IMG/VR virus record: IMGVR_UViG_3300028583_002208
Source: a virus
Lineage: Duplodnaviria > Heunggongvirae > Uroviricota > Caudoviricetes
Length of the DNA: 42,919 nt
Direction: 5' to 3' (one strand)
In this document: one piece after another, positions 18,698-28,594 of the stretch
Position numbering within the stretch: position 1 is the stretch's first letter
Layout: each line of letters starts with the position of its first letter
Position numbers and translations under genes: made by a program
The notes under the pieces: generated by a model
Databases searched by the model: none
What the model was told of the DNA's origin: nothing
What the model saw: only the letters and a program-made list of their open reading frames with translations

Positions 18698-19423
18698 ATG
18701 AATACGGATATAGATAGTTTTAATGAAGCTATCGTATCTCACATTGACAACTATGAAGCTCAAATGTACTCAGCTCTCCCTGCAACAGTGGTGAGTTATG
18801 ATGCTACAACACAAAGAGTCCTATGTCAACCAGTGATGTACGAAGCTTACACATCAGGGGAGTCGCAAGAACATTCTTATATTCAATGTCCTCTTATCCA
18901 AACAGGGAGCGGAGGGGGTGTGTTAACCTTTCCAGTGAATGTAGGTGATGAAGTTCTTTTGGTTATGTCATCTAGAAACTTTGACACATGGTGGAGCACT
19001 TCACAAGCCCCCTCACTAAGTTCTACGGTACGTTTTAATGACTATTCAGATGCAATAGCTATCCTAGGTTTAAAAAGTAAAAACAATAGCGTCAACGCCT
19101 CCACAGAGAACGTAGAGTTACAATTCCGTGACCAACAAGGTGTCCCTTTATCAAGTATTATACAACGTCCTGATAAAAGCGTGGATATTACTTCTGAAAG
19201 TGGAAGTAGTGTGAAATTACTACCTGATGGTAACATAGAGATCACTACTGCTGCAACTATTAAAATTCAGAATAGCGGTGAAGAGTTGGTCAATTTGTTC
19301 AGTGAGTGTCTAGAAGAAATATCTAAAATAACCACTAACACTATCTACGGGTCAAACACCCCAATAAACAACCTTCCCGCTTTTGTAGCGTTGAAATCAA
19401 GACTAGACACTTTAAAAGGATAA
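18698..19423 (+). CDS. Baseplate central spike (Gp138/gpV-like)
   Basis: ALPATVVSYD...Q.V.CQP; G.LTFPV.VGDEVLLV.S.R.FD.W; DAIAILG. Confidence 0.85.
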   Translation: MNTDIDSFNEAIVSHIDNYEAQMYSALPATVVSYDATTQRVLCQPVMYEAYTSGESQEHSYIQCPLIQTGSGGGVLTFPVNVGDEVLLVMSSRNFDTWWSTSQAPSLSSTVRFNDYSDAIAILGLKSKNNSVNASTENVELQFRDQQGVPLSSIIQRPDKSVDITSESGSSVKLLPDGNIEITTAATIKIQNSGEELVNLFSECLEEISKITTNTIYGSNTPINNLPAFVALKSRLDTLKG

Positions 19424-19428
19424 CCTTT

Positions 19429-19620
19429 ATGCCAATGGTTACAGAGAATGTCGTGTTAGCAGCTAAAGCAGCCCTTTCACAAATAGATTACACTGGTGGT
19501 GAAACAGATAACACAGAAGCATTAGAAGCCTTAATTGGTGCGATAATAGATGAAATTATCACTAATGCGGAAGTAACTGTCACGGGTGGAAGTAGTGCTG
19601 GTGTTTATAAAATAACGTAA
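19429..19620 (+). CDS. Small baseplate-region protein
   Basis: AAGGA RBS; 63 aa; follows the spike gene. Confidence 0.7.
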   Translation: MPMVTENVVLAAKAALSQIDYTGGETDNTEALEALIGAIIDEIITNAEVTVTGGSSAGVYKIT

Positions 19621-19634
19621 CACAGAAGGTTCAC

Positions 19635-19991
19635 ATGGCAGATATAAAATTAAATTCTTCACATGATTTACTCATTGAAGGAAAAGACATCTCTATGTTT
19701 GAAACAATAGAAGATGGAACTGTTCAAGCAGTTAAAATTAGATTACAGAATTATCAAGGAAATTGGTTTTTAGATTTAAACAATGGTATCCCTTATTATC
19801 AAGAAATATTCGGGTACAATAATACTAAAGAACTAGCCGATACCTATATAAAAACAACAATAAAGAATACAGATAATATCACAAGTATTACAAGTTACAC
19901 AAGCACAATTGAAGATACTAAATTAAAAGTAGTATTTTCTGCTAAAACTTTAGTGGGTGCTGATTTAACAAATGTGACATTATTTGTGTAA
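19635..19991 (+). CDS. Baseplate wedge/sheath initiator (gp25/DUF2634-like)
   Basis: QAVKIRL....G.WFLD...GIPY motif. Confidence 0.8.
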   Translation: MADIKLNSSHDLLIEGKDISMFETIEDGTVQAVKIRLQNYQGNWFLDLNNGIPYYQEIFGYNNTKELADTYIKTTIKNTDNITSITSYTSTIEDTKLKVVFSAKTLVGADLTNVTLFV

Positions 19992-20012
19992 TCCATTATT
20001 TAGGAGTACAGT

Positions 20013-21449
20013 ATGGCTTTTGGAGTAACCGATGCAGGTTTCAAAGCGAAGAAGTTTGACGATATAAAAACTGAGGTTGCTGCAAGCCTTAAAACTGAAT
20101 TGGGTATTGATATTACATCACTCCCCGACAGTGTTGCAGAAGTTATTACCAATATTTACATCCTACCTCTAGCACAATCGTGGTCAAATACTCAAAGTTT
20201 ACAATCGATGTTTGATATAGATAAAGCTACTGGGGTATGGTTGGATAACCTTGTTGCGCTAAGGGGTGTTCAACGTTCTAAAGGTACTTACCCTTTCGGT
20301 AATATTTATGTAACTGCTTCTGCCCCTGTTAATATTGTAACTGGTAGTAGTTGGTCAGATTCGGATGGAAACACTTTCACCAATGAATCTAATGTAAATA
20401 TTACAACTGAACTTGCTACTAAGGTGTTGTATGATGTAGAAAATACCGCCTCTGCAGATTATGTCCTAGTTATCGATGGAAATACTTATTCTGTTAATAA
20501 AGTGTCTGGTGATGATCTAGAAGAAATCTTAATAGAGTTAAAAACTCAGATAGAAACGGATCGACCAGATTTATTAGTAACACCTACCGCTAACACTATT
20601 CAAGTAGAAAGCGTAGACCCTTTAACGCAATTTTCTATAACCTCTGGGGAAAGGATCACTCTAACAGAATTAACAGGGTACGGTCAAATATCTTCGGATA
20701 TACTATCAACACAAATTTACCCAGAAAACACTGTTGTAAATGCACCCCCTTACACTGCTATAATCTCTGCAACAAATCCTCTTCCTATTCAAAATGGTTC
20801 TGGTAGAGAAGACGATGACACTCTTCGTGCAAGGTATAAAGCTACAGAACGTTCAGGTAAAGGTACTGTCGAGGCAATCCGCTCAGCATTGTTAAGTATC
20901 TCAGGTGTGACAAACGCAATTGTCCTTGAGAATGATCAAAGTGGATATGATTATGAAAATGATATATCACCTAACGCATTCAAATGTGTTGTTAAAGGAG
21001 GTAATGCTCAGGCAATAGTAGATACCATATGGGCAACTAAACCCGCTGGGATAGCTTCTAACGGCGATTCTAAGGGCATTATCACTGACAGTCAAGGTAT
21101 CCAACATTCGATAGCGTACTCAAGAGTAAAAGATAAATATGTTTTTGCTAATATTATCTACACTAAATATGATGAAGAATCTTTCCCTGAAGATGGAGAA
21201 CAAGCCATCGCAGAAGCTGTATTCAATTATGGGGATAGTTTAGATGTTGGTGAGGATGTTATACAGCAGCGTATAATGAGTAATATTTACCAGAATGTAA
21301 CAGGTATTCAAGAGATCTTAATCTTTATAGGTGCAACAGATAATTTGAATGAAGGTACTCCATTATTAAGATCAAGCCCTCCTATCCCGATAAGTATTTT
21401 GGAAGAGGCATCCTTCTCTTTAGACAGGATAACCGTAACGGAGCGTTAG
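20013..21449 (+). CDS. Baseplate J-like wedge protein
   Basis: ATGVWLD.L....G..R; G...EDDDTLRARY; GTVEAIRSAL. Confidence 0.88.
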   Translation: MAFGVTDAGFKAKKFDDIKTEVAASLKTELGIDITSLPDSVAEVITNIYILPLAQSWSNTQSLQSMFDIDKATGVWLDNLVALRGVQRSKGTYPFGNIYVTASAPVNIVTGSSWSDSDGNTFTNESNVNITTELATKVLYDVENTASADYVLVIDGNTYSVNKVSGDDLEEILIELKTQIETDRPDLLVTPTANTIQVESVDPLTQFSITSGERITLTELTGYGQISSDILSTQIYPENTVVNAPPYTAIISATNPLPIQNGSGREDDDTLRARYKATERSGKGTVEAIRSALLSISGVTNAIVLENDQSGYDYENDISPNAFKCVVKGGNAQAIVDTIWATKPAGIASNGDSKGIITDSQGIQHSIAYSRVKDKYVFANIIYTKYDEESFPEDGEQAIAEAVFNYGDSLDVGEDVIQQRIMSNIYQNVTGIQEILIFIGATDNLNEGTPLLRSSPPIPISILEEASFSLDRITVTER

Positions 21450-21450
21450 T

Positions 21451-22365
21451 ATGGCAGTAATCAAAGATAGAGATTATGAAGAATATGTGTCGTTGCTCCC
21501 TATTCAATACAATGATAGTAGTAATTTAAAAGAATTTCTAAGAATTTATCTAGAAGCTACGCAATCCTTGAATGAAGCTCAGTTAGAATTATCAGAAATA
21601 AACACTGATTTTAAAACAGCAACAGGGTATCAACTGGATTTGATTGGTAAACTTGTAGGAGCTGAACGTAAAGGAAGGACAGATTCTGATTATAGAAATT
21701 ATATACTTTTTAAAATAAGTGTGAATATTGGTAGTGGTACTCCCGAAGATGTTATCAACTACTTTTCAATAGCCACTGATGCGACCAGAATACGATATTT
21801 CGAACACTATCCAGCTTGTACAGTATTAGAAACCAACGGCACAACAATACCTTCTGCAATACCTTCTACTTTAGATAATGTAACTCCTGCGGGGGTTCGT
21901 ACTGGTGGTATTATGGTGTTAATCGATGATTATGGATTTCGTCCAGTAGAATTATCTACAGCTTATGATAATGAATACACTTATGTGCCAAATGCAAATA
22001 TAGAGGATATAGATATTGGTGCGGAGGATTCAGAGTGCGGAGGTTCTTTTATAGAATGTGCATCTTCTGCGGTTTTCGGAGGAGTGTCATTAGGCCAACC
22101 CAAGTCAGAACTAGGTACAATGGAGCTAACATCCTTTATAGGAGAAAGGGTTTTTGCATTGGTAGGGACAGAATTTCTATTGGGACAAGGTATTTACCCA
22201 GAGCTATCCGATGTTTATGATACAGGATATTCTTTAGCAGGGGATGAGAAAATGCTTTCAGGAGATGAAGAAGCCTTGGCAGCAGGGTTATTTGTTAAAG
22301 AAGGTGCTGGTAATCGGGGTAAAAGGGCTGAACTTCTTACAGACAGAAATCAATCTTCTTTTTAG
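21451..22365 (+). CDS. Baseplate wedge protein (DUF2612-like)
   Basis: ATGYQLD.IGKLVG..R....DSDYR.YI.FKI..N...GT. Confidence 0.8.
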   Translation: MAVIKDRDYEEYVSLLPIQYNDSSNLKEFLRIYLEATQSLNEAQLELSEINTDFKTATGYQLDLIGKLVGAERKGRTDSDYRNYILFKISVNIGSGTPEDVINYFSIATDATRIRYFEHYPACTVLETNGTTIPSAIPSTLDNVTPAGVRTGGIMVLIDDYGFRPVELSTAYDNEYTYVPNANIEDIDIGAEDSECGGSFIECASSAVFGGVSLGQPKSELGTMELTSFIGERVFALVGTEFLLGQGIYPELSDVYDTGYSLAGDEKMLSGDEEALAAGLFVKEGAGNRGKRAELLTDRNQSSF

Positions 22366-22422
22366 GATAATCCTTCCAACAAAGAATAATAACAATTAGA
22401 AAAGAATTAAGGAAGTACAAAG

Positions 22423-24648
22423 ATGGCTATTGTAGCAAGTAATTTATATTCTGGGAGGGTGATCACTGGTGATGCAGGGTATCCTTTAGGAAAGGCACAG
22501 GACATTGTGAATGGGGAGAAGGGGACGGGGACACCACTTAGGGCAAGTTGGGTAAATGACCAATGGGGTTTTATGCAAGCTTTATTAGCTGCTGCTAATA
22601 TTACTCCTTCTGGTACACCAGATCAAGTTGGGCAAAGTGATTATTTGGATGCGATTATTGCATTAACAAAAAATGCCAGTAAGGTAATCACTAGTGATGG
22701 ATCTAGCGTACAGGAAAGGCTTGATGGTTTAGGCTATCAGTTTGAAAATGTTGATGATGCTATAAACTATCACTTTATAGAGGATATTCTTGGGTCAACA
22801 ATAGCAACAAAAGAGTATAGCGCTGGTAGTGGCGTGGGAGGGGCTAAGTATGAGGTACAGCTAACCGCTAACAATCCACAGCTAGACAATATAGGTAATG
22901 GGTTTGTAAGTTCTGCAAACCCAACATACTGTTTAGTAAATAAATCTGTAAATATAATGGTAACTCATTATGGCGCTAGGCCAGATGATATAACAATAAA
23001 CTCATCACCATCTATACAGGCAGCCATAAACGAATCCAAAAGACTTACTGACTTATATTCAAGTTTTATGGATGGAGCAGGGCAGGTAAATAGGCCAACT
23101 GTTAGTGTTATATTTGAATATGGTGTCGGCTATAGGATTTCAGAGCAGGTTGTCATTGATGAAATAAGAAGCTTTGCAATGGTTGGTTATGGTAGAGTTT
23201 TATTGAAATCAGATGACACCATAGAATACCCATTCTCAGTTACTGGTGTTGCTTTCGCACATAAAATATCTGGATTTACATTTGAGTGCAACAGGAGAGG
23301 TTTTTTTGACTTTGATTGTACAAACGTATCAGGATCACTAGTTGAGTTTGATGATTGTAGATTTACAGATGATCCTTACGGATATCACACAGGAATAGCC
23401 ATTAGGTACAGAAACAGAAGCTCAGAACTAAGGGTTAGTAACACATACTTCAACAGGGTCAAGCACCCAGTTCATAATAGAGAATGTGATTTTGTAACGT
23501 TCAATGATAACTGCTGGTTTGGCTTCCCTTTCAATTCTGTATTTGGTGATAGGGATGGGTACATAAGGAACGATAACGGCTTTATGCGTATAGATAACTG
23601 CCTCTTTGCAGGCGGACCTTCTGACACCCCTGTAGGTACTGGCGCTGAGAATGGCGAGGAAATAGCGTATGTTAGGTGTGGGACTGAAACGGTTAGCCCA
23701 GACATAACAGAGGTACATGGGAGAATATCAATAACAAACACTCGAATAGGTTATGAGCAAGGAGCTGGTGCTCTAGTTAACTATTTTACTCCATATGAGA
23801 CTACAGGAACCGTATTTAGAAGTGGTATATACATCAGCAATATACAAACAAACCCTAGAGAGGATAAGCTTAAAAACTTTGAAGGTACAGATGTAGGGCA
23901 TCTAATAAGATTGTTTACAGCCCCTTCCCAGCTAATACTTGAAAATATATATATAAACCCTGCTAACGTGGCTCTTGTTTCAAATGGCTCAACAACCAGC
24001 TTAGAAGGCATTAGAGACCAGCTTAATAATTCCGTTAACTACAGTGATGACTTTGCAGATCAAGGTGATGATAAAAGAGCGTTTTGGCAGTATGACGCTA
24101 AAAATATTTGCGGTGAAAACGTGTTTATAGTCGCATCACAAACCGCACCAAGCAAGGGAGAAAACAACAAGTGGCTTGAGTTGTTTGGTAGGTTTAACTA
24201 TTTCTTCGAGTCTGATTTTCCAACACCAACATCGTCAGGCAATTCACCAACCATAAAAGTAGAAACATTCTTTGATGATTTCTCATCACAAGGAGGGTCA
24301 ATATTTAAAGTTTATGGTGATTGCTACCCAGCCGTGGCTGGAGGAAATATAAACAGAAGGAATATATCAGGGACAATAAGTATACTTAATAACGAGGCTA
24401 GCAACTCAATTACAGGTGTATTTCATGATAACTCAGGAATATCTGCAAGCATGGCAATAACAGTTTTGTTTGATGTTTCAGGCACTGAAAAATCGAGCAT
24501 CACGCTTGCTGAGGCTGCTAACGCTAGAATGATTGTTAAGTTAACAAACGCCGCTGTTGATGGGGCGAATATAAGGTGTAGAGGGTTAGTAGTAAAACCT
24601 GTATCAGCTGATTTTGATGATATGCAAAATGGTTTTTATCAAGCGTAA
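22423..24648 (+). CDS. Tailspike 1, putative beta-helix depolymerase
   Basis: N-terminal anchor (W.NDQWGF.QALL), DGSSVQERLD linker, VTHYGARPD...SIQAAIN pectate-lyase-fold start. Confidence 0.85.
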   Translation: MAIVASNLYSGRVITGDAGYPLGKAQDIVNGEKGTGTPLRASWVNDQWGFMQALLAAANITPSGTPDQVGQSDYLDAIIALTKNASKVITSDGSSVQERLDGLGYQFENVDDAINYHFIEDILGSTIATKEYSAGSGVGGAKYEVQLTANNPQLDNIGNGFVSSANPTYCLVNKSVNIMVTHYGARPDDITINSSPSIQAAINESKRLTDLYSSFMDGAGQVNRPTVSVIFEYGVGYRISEQVVIDEIRSFAMVGYGRVLLKSDDTIEYPFSVTGVAFAHKISGFTFECNRRGFFDFDCTNVSGSLVEFDDCRFTDDPYGYHTGIAIRYRNRSSELRVSNTYFNRVKHPVHNRECDFVTFNDNCWFGFPFNSVFGDRDGYIRNDNGFMRIDNCLFAGGPSDTPVGTGAENGEEIAYVRCGTETVSPDITEVHGRISITNTRIGYEQGAGALVNYFTPYETTGTVFRSGIYISNIQTNPREDKLKNFEGTDVGHLIRLFTAPSQLILENIYINPANVALVSNGSTTSLEGIRDQLNNSVNYSDDFADQGDDKRAFWQYDAKNICGENVFIVASQTAPSKGENNKWLELFGRFNYFFESDFPTPTSSGNSPTIKVETFFDDFSSQGGSIFKVYGDCYPAVAGGNINRRNISGTISILNNEASNSITGVFHDNSGISASMAITVLFDVSGTEKSSITLAEAANARMIVKLTNAAVDGANIRCRGLVVKPVSADFDDMQNGFYQA

Positions 24649-24654
24649 ATTAAA

Positions 24655-24678
24655 ACCCCTTTGCGGGGCTATTTTCCT
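24655..24678 (+). terminator. Weak terminator-like hairpin
   Basis: CCCC-tttgc-GGGG followed by a T-rich tract. Confidence 0.4.
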
Positions 24679-24831
24679 TTCTTAACATTGTAAAAATTAA
24701 CACCGAAGCTAGCAGATGCTGTCATACAAGATGACCAATTAAACCGAATGCAGTTGACACTGGTGTAAATGTATTTGTTAGCTTTGTTGTTACGTTCCCA
24801 AATAACAGAATTTTAATAAAAGGAGCCTTCA

Positions 24832-26661
24832 ATGGCAATAGATTATAAACAAAGGTATCCTGATCAGACGGATACAGATTCAAATTACCCGCAAGGGAAG
24901 GCTCGCAATAAAAGCACTCCCGCAGCAACAGACGGATTTCCTTTCGAAGAAGATTATATAAACGACCAACTGGGGTTTTTCCAAGCACTCTTAAAGGAAA
25001 GTGGAATCACTCCTTCTGGAAGTGCAGATAATGCTAATAATAGTGATTACCTCGAGGCATTGAAAACTTTAACCAACTCTAACCTAGCTCTGAAAATATT
25101 CCAATCCCCTTCTGAAGAAGGTCTAGTTGAGATCCAAACTCGCACCGCCACAACAGGTTCAGTATTCGAAGTACGTAAAACTTCTGACGATACTGTAGCT
25201 AACATTTATAGAGATGCTGAGGGTACAGTTCTAATATCTCAAGATGGAACGAGTAACGTATCAGATAGATTCGGAGTAGTCGAATTCTTTATAGGGTACG
25301 GAAGTTATTACATTAAAGTCAATTCTAGTGTAAACAATTTTACCGTGTCTAACAGCCGTATAAATTTTAAGGATAAGTCGGAGGTAGTATCTTCCGATTT
25401 AGCGGTCGGTTCTGAAATCCATTGGATGTTGGAATATGGAGGGGATGTCGTTAATAAGAATGGAGGTACGGGAATAGTTGTTGATTATGACCCCTCTAAT
25501 TCAGGATTCCAGCTTGACAATGGTAATTATGTATACAGAACAGATTACTATGGTCCTGTAAGAATACTAACGCCTCAAGAAGCACCAGAAGATCACCTTT
25601 TATTCAAAACTAAATCCTCTGCAGGTCCTACTAGGTTACACATAGAACCTGCTGGTAATATAGAAGGAACAACCGCTAAACTTGATTGGATGTTTGACCC
25701 TTATGATGAAACACCTGTTCCTTCAGGAAGACAACGGGATTATAGAATATTTAACATCTATAATAAGACAGGCGATGTAAGCGGACTTAACGGTGAGAAC
25801 GGTGCCGCAGTGATGAATGTCAAATCAGTAGGAGATTTCTGGGGTGTGTGGCCTTCTATGCACTTCTCGGTATCGGACGATGCTTCTACAGCGATGAAGA
25901 TGTACTACTTCGACATGTCGGAAGACAACGAGTGGTTTACTCCTATGAAAGGTAGGTGGCGTGAGAATGCGGAGTTTAGTGTAGGAGATTATGTAACTTG
26001 TGACAACAAAGTGTATCAATGTCAGACGGAAGGTACATCAGGTGTTGATAGGTTGACGCATGAATCAGGTACTGTCAGTGATGGTAACCTTGATTGGTTG
26101 TGGATAAGAAGCCCTTTAAACTCTATTGAAAACATAAAGCCAACTATGTTATTCGGTGATGTACAAGACATGCCTGTATTTGGCTACCCTGAAGCAAGAG
26201 CACAACTATCAAGAGATCTACTGGTACAACAAAGTGCTTCTGTTAAATTCATAGAAGGGGATGATTCTTATATAGGTAAGTTTCAGGCAAAAGCTACTGA
26301 GGGTATTCTTGAGTATGAAACATCTACAGAAAATCGTGTTCAGTTAGGACAAGACTTTTTCAAATTAGAGGGTATAACACAAAGGTATGATAGATTAGAG
26401 AGATCAGCAGACACTGGTTCTATAGATTTCTCAGGTACATCTACCGTAGCAATATCGGCATCCTCTTCTGTTAATGTTACGGATTTTTTAAATATAGTTC
26501 CAGATTCTATACTGAAGATAATACCTCGGGACGATAACGTAACCCTTGTTTTTAATAGTAATAAGATAAGATTGACAGGAGGTGTTAACCTAGCACTGTC
26601 CTCAAATAACTTTTATACTTTTTACGTTGATTCTAGCGGTGTAGTTAGGCAGCAGGGTTAA
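24832..26661 (+). CDS. Tailspike/tail fibre 2 with a putative carbohydrate-binding module
   Basis: Anchor paralogous to 22423; W...AEFSVGDYVT.DNKVYQC.T.GTSG...H..G...DG...W motif. Confidence 0.8.
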   Translation: MAIDYKQRYPDQTDTDSNYPQGKARNKSTPAATDGFPFEEDYINDQLGFFQALLKESGITPSGSADNANNSDYLEALKTLTNSNLALKIFQSPSEEGLVEIQTRTATTGSVFEVRKTSDDTVANIYRDAEGTVLISQDGTSNVSDRFGVVEFFIGYGSYYIKVNSSVNNFTVSNSRINFKDKSEVVSSDLAVGSEIHWMLEYGGDVVNKNGGTGIVVDYDPSNSGFQLDNGNYVYRTDYYGPVRILTPQEAPEDHLLFKTKSSAGPTRLHIEPAGNIEGTTAKLDWMFDPYDETPVPSGRQRDYRIFNIYNKTGDVSGLNGENGAAVMNVKSVGDFWGVWPSMHFSVSDDASTAMKMYYFDMSEDNEWFTPMKGRWRENAEFSVGDYVTCDNKVYQCQTEGTSGVDRLTHESGTVSDGNLDWLWIRSPLNSIENIKPTMLFGDVQDMPVFGYPEARAQLSRDLLVQQSASVKFIEGDDSYIGKFQAKATEGILEYETSTENRVQLGQDFFKLEGITQRYDRLERSADTGSIDFSGTSTVAISASSSVNVTDFLNIVPDSILKIIPRDDNVTLVFNSNKIRLTGGVNLALSSNNFYTFYVDSSGVVRQQG

Positions 26662-26700
26662 CTTAACACCTATGAGGGTAACACTTTACCTTACAAATAA

Positions 26701-26740
26701 AAAGCCCCAAGAGACAATTAAGTTTCTTGGGGCTTTCTTG
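26701..26740 (+). terminator. Strong terminator ending the virion module
   Basis: AAAGCCCCAAGAGAC-aattaa-GTTTCTTGGGGCTTT. Confidence 0.88.
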
Positions 26741-26747
26741 TGTGTGT

Positions 26748-26775
26748 AACAAAATAAGGACTAAGATAGTCCTTA
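26748..26775 (-). terminator. Terminator after the SSB gene
   Basis: Perfect 9-bp stem TAAGGACTA/TAGTCCTTA followed by TTTTG on the - strand. Confidence 0.7.
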
Positions 26776-26791
26776 GACTAAAGTATCACTT

Positions 26792-27970
26792 CTAAAAGGG
26801 GATTTGATCTTCATCGAAGTCGAAGTTATCTTCCGCAGGAGTAAAACTTTCCTCAACAGGTTCTTCTACAATTTTATCCTTTTGCTGAACAACACTTTGT
26901 TCCACCACTTCCGTACCAGCAACAGGAACCTTGTCACCATTCTTATCCACCTTCGGAACACGATCACCTAAAGCCTTGCAAAGGTCACTATCTTTCCAAT
27001 TACAACCTAACCAGAAGTCAGGATTCTTTGTTGCATTTGGTTGGAACGCTTTTGCACGAGGTAACACTGCCATCAACTCTTTCTTGTGTGCAACCATATC
27101 CAACACTTCATCAGAATAATTACCACCGTTAAGGGTCACACCTACAAAAGGTACATCACTTACTGGAATTTGTTGTTCCACTGTAATAGTGTTATCACCT
27201 GCTTCAATTTCCGTGATTTCAGAATAGTTCTTGATTTCTGCATCATAGTAAGATTTACCATTATAAACATTCTTTGTGATGTACACATCGAAGAAACAAT
27301 GACCACCTGCCAATTTACCAAAATCATAATTACTACTTTCGAACTCATCCGCAACATTCATCGCAGTGGCAATCTTGTAGATAGGGTTATTTGGACTAAC
27401 TTTACCAGTTCGGAAATTAGGTGCAAATCGCAACTGCTTTGCAAAACCTTCTAACCCCATAGCACTATTCTTAAAGTAACCATTATAACCTACACGTAAA
27501 GGCTTCTGACCAAGACTATGTAACGCTTCAATAGGATGTTTAGTCCAATCTACCATAATCTTAGGAAAGTCAAAGTAGAATGCAAACTCTTGAGTAGGAC
27601 GCTCAGGTTTAAATTGCATACGCTTACCATCAACTGTTTTGAAATAGTTATCAGGATACTTCTCAACATGGGCTTTTTCCTCTGCACTCAAGGTATCTCC
27701 ATTACCAGCTTCACCTTTCCACTCATAAGAAGAATCAGGTTGAGGCTGTAGACCACAATCTACCAACATTGCAAGTTTTCCTACAAGTTTCTTCTTCTTA
27801 TAAAACCGACCTTCTACAATATCACCTTGCTTATTCTTATGAGGTTGTTCCTTGCCATCAAGTAAGCTGTAGTAATAATCGTTCCATTCTTTCCATTGAT
27901 CATCCGATACTGCAGAACCGCCACCTGTTGAACCAGAAGAAGCCGTTTCAGGGGTAAATGAAAATGTCAT
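26792..27970 (-). CDS. Single-stranded DNA-binding protein (putative)
   Basis: 392 aa; acidic tail DNFDFDEDQIPF; highly expressed-type codons; replication arm. Confidence 0.75.
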   Translation of the reverse strand: MTFSFTPETASSGSTGGGSAVSDDQWKEWNDYYYSLLDGKEQPHKNKQGDIVEGRFYKKKKLVGKLAMLVDCGLQPQPDSSYEWKGEAGNGDTLSAEEKAHVEKYPDNYFKTVDGKRMQFKPERPTQEFAFYFDFPKIMVDWTKHPIEALHSLGQKPLRVGYNGYFKNSAMGLEGFAKQLRFAPNFRTGKVSPNNPIYKIATAMNVADEFESSNYDFGKLAGGHCFFDVYITKNVYNGKSYYDAEIKNYSEITEIEAGDNTITVEQQIPVSDVPFVGVTLNGGNYSDEVLDMVAHKKELMAVLPRAKAFQPNATKNPDFWLGCNWKDSDLCKALGDRVPKVDKNGDKVPVAGTEVVEQSVVQQKDKIVEEPVEESFTPAEDNFDFDEDQIPF

Positions 27971-28125
27971 AAATATTTATTCCTTATTAAAAATGTCCAA
28001 TTGGACTAAATGTTTTATTAATTGGCGAAAATGCCGTTTGATTTTTAGGTTCTCTCCTTGCCACTCTCGTAGCTTTTTGGGAACATTGCATTCCGTTAAG
28101 GTGCTTGTTTATTCTATATTGTTAC

Positions 28126-28153
28126 ATTGTAACATAATTGAGGTTGTTGTCAA
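28126..28153 (-). promoter_or_regulatory. sigma70-like promoter for the SSB gene
   Basis: TTGACA-16 bp-TACAAT with extended -10 TG. Confidence 0.7.
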
Positions 28154-28156
28154 ATG

Positions 28157-28594
28157 TTATTTACTTTTCTCCAATTGTTCTAAACGTTTCTTCAAAGAAT
28201 TAATTTCCTCCAAGTCACCACTTTTGTGATTCATTTTCAAACCTTTAGTCAAGTCGAGGATAAATCGTGGAAGGTATAATAGTGCTAAGATTGTTCCTGC
28301 TATGATGGCAACTATTAATCCTGCTTTGATTATAACCAAAGTCACCATAAAGCCAACCCAACCTTCTAATATAATGAACTTCCCAAGCCAGCAAGATGGA
28401 TCAGACTCTGCCCAATCCTTTTTATCTTCTCGCCACTTAAACGATTGGTAACGAGATGCCAAACCTAGATTAACTTTACCTCTACTCCAAAAGAATACAA
28501 GTCCTGTCGTGATACCTAGTATAAAAGGAAGTATTATATTCACACCCCACAATAAGAATCCAACTGCTGCTACAATGTCTAAATTTTCCATCAT
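28157..28594 (-). CDS. Membrane protein with a C-terminal coiled coil
   Basis: Several hydrophobic segments; RBS. Confidence 0.8.
   Translation of the reverse strand: MMENLDIVAAVGFLLWGVNIILPFILGITTGLVFFWSRGKVNLGLASRYQSFKWREDKKDWAESDPSCWLGKFIILEGWVGFMVTLVIIKAGLIVAIIAGTILALLYLPRFILDLTKGLKMNHKSGDLEEINSLKKRLEQLEKSK

Noticed and set aside
23428-24011. Antisense ORFs in tailspike 1, and similar shadow ORFs (2450, 3336, 5856, 6657, 12152, 12891, 16948, 19042, 26931, 27086, 33807, 37184, 37814, 39136, 42019, 42219)
   Set aside because: They lie within well-supported genes on another frame or strand, with no RBS and implausible composition
27990-28092. 34-codon ORF (MQCSQK...) in the SSB leader
   Set aside because: Weak RBS and no motif; treated as untranslated leader
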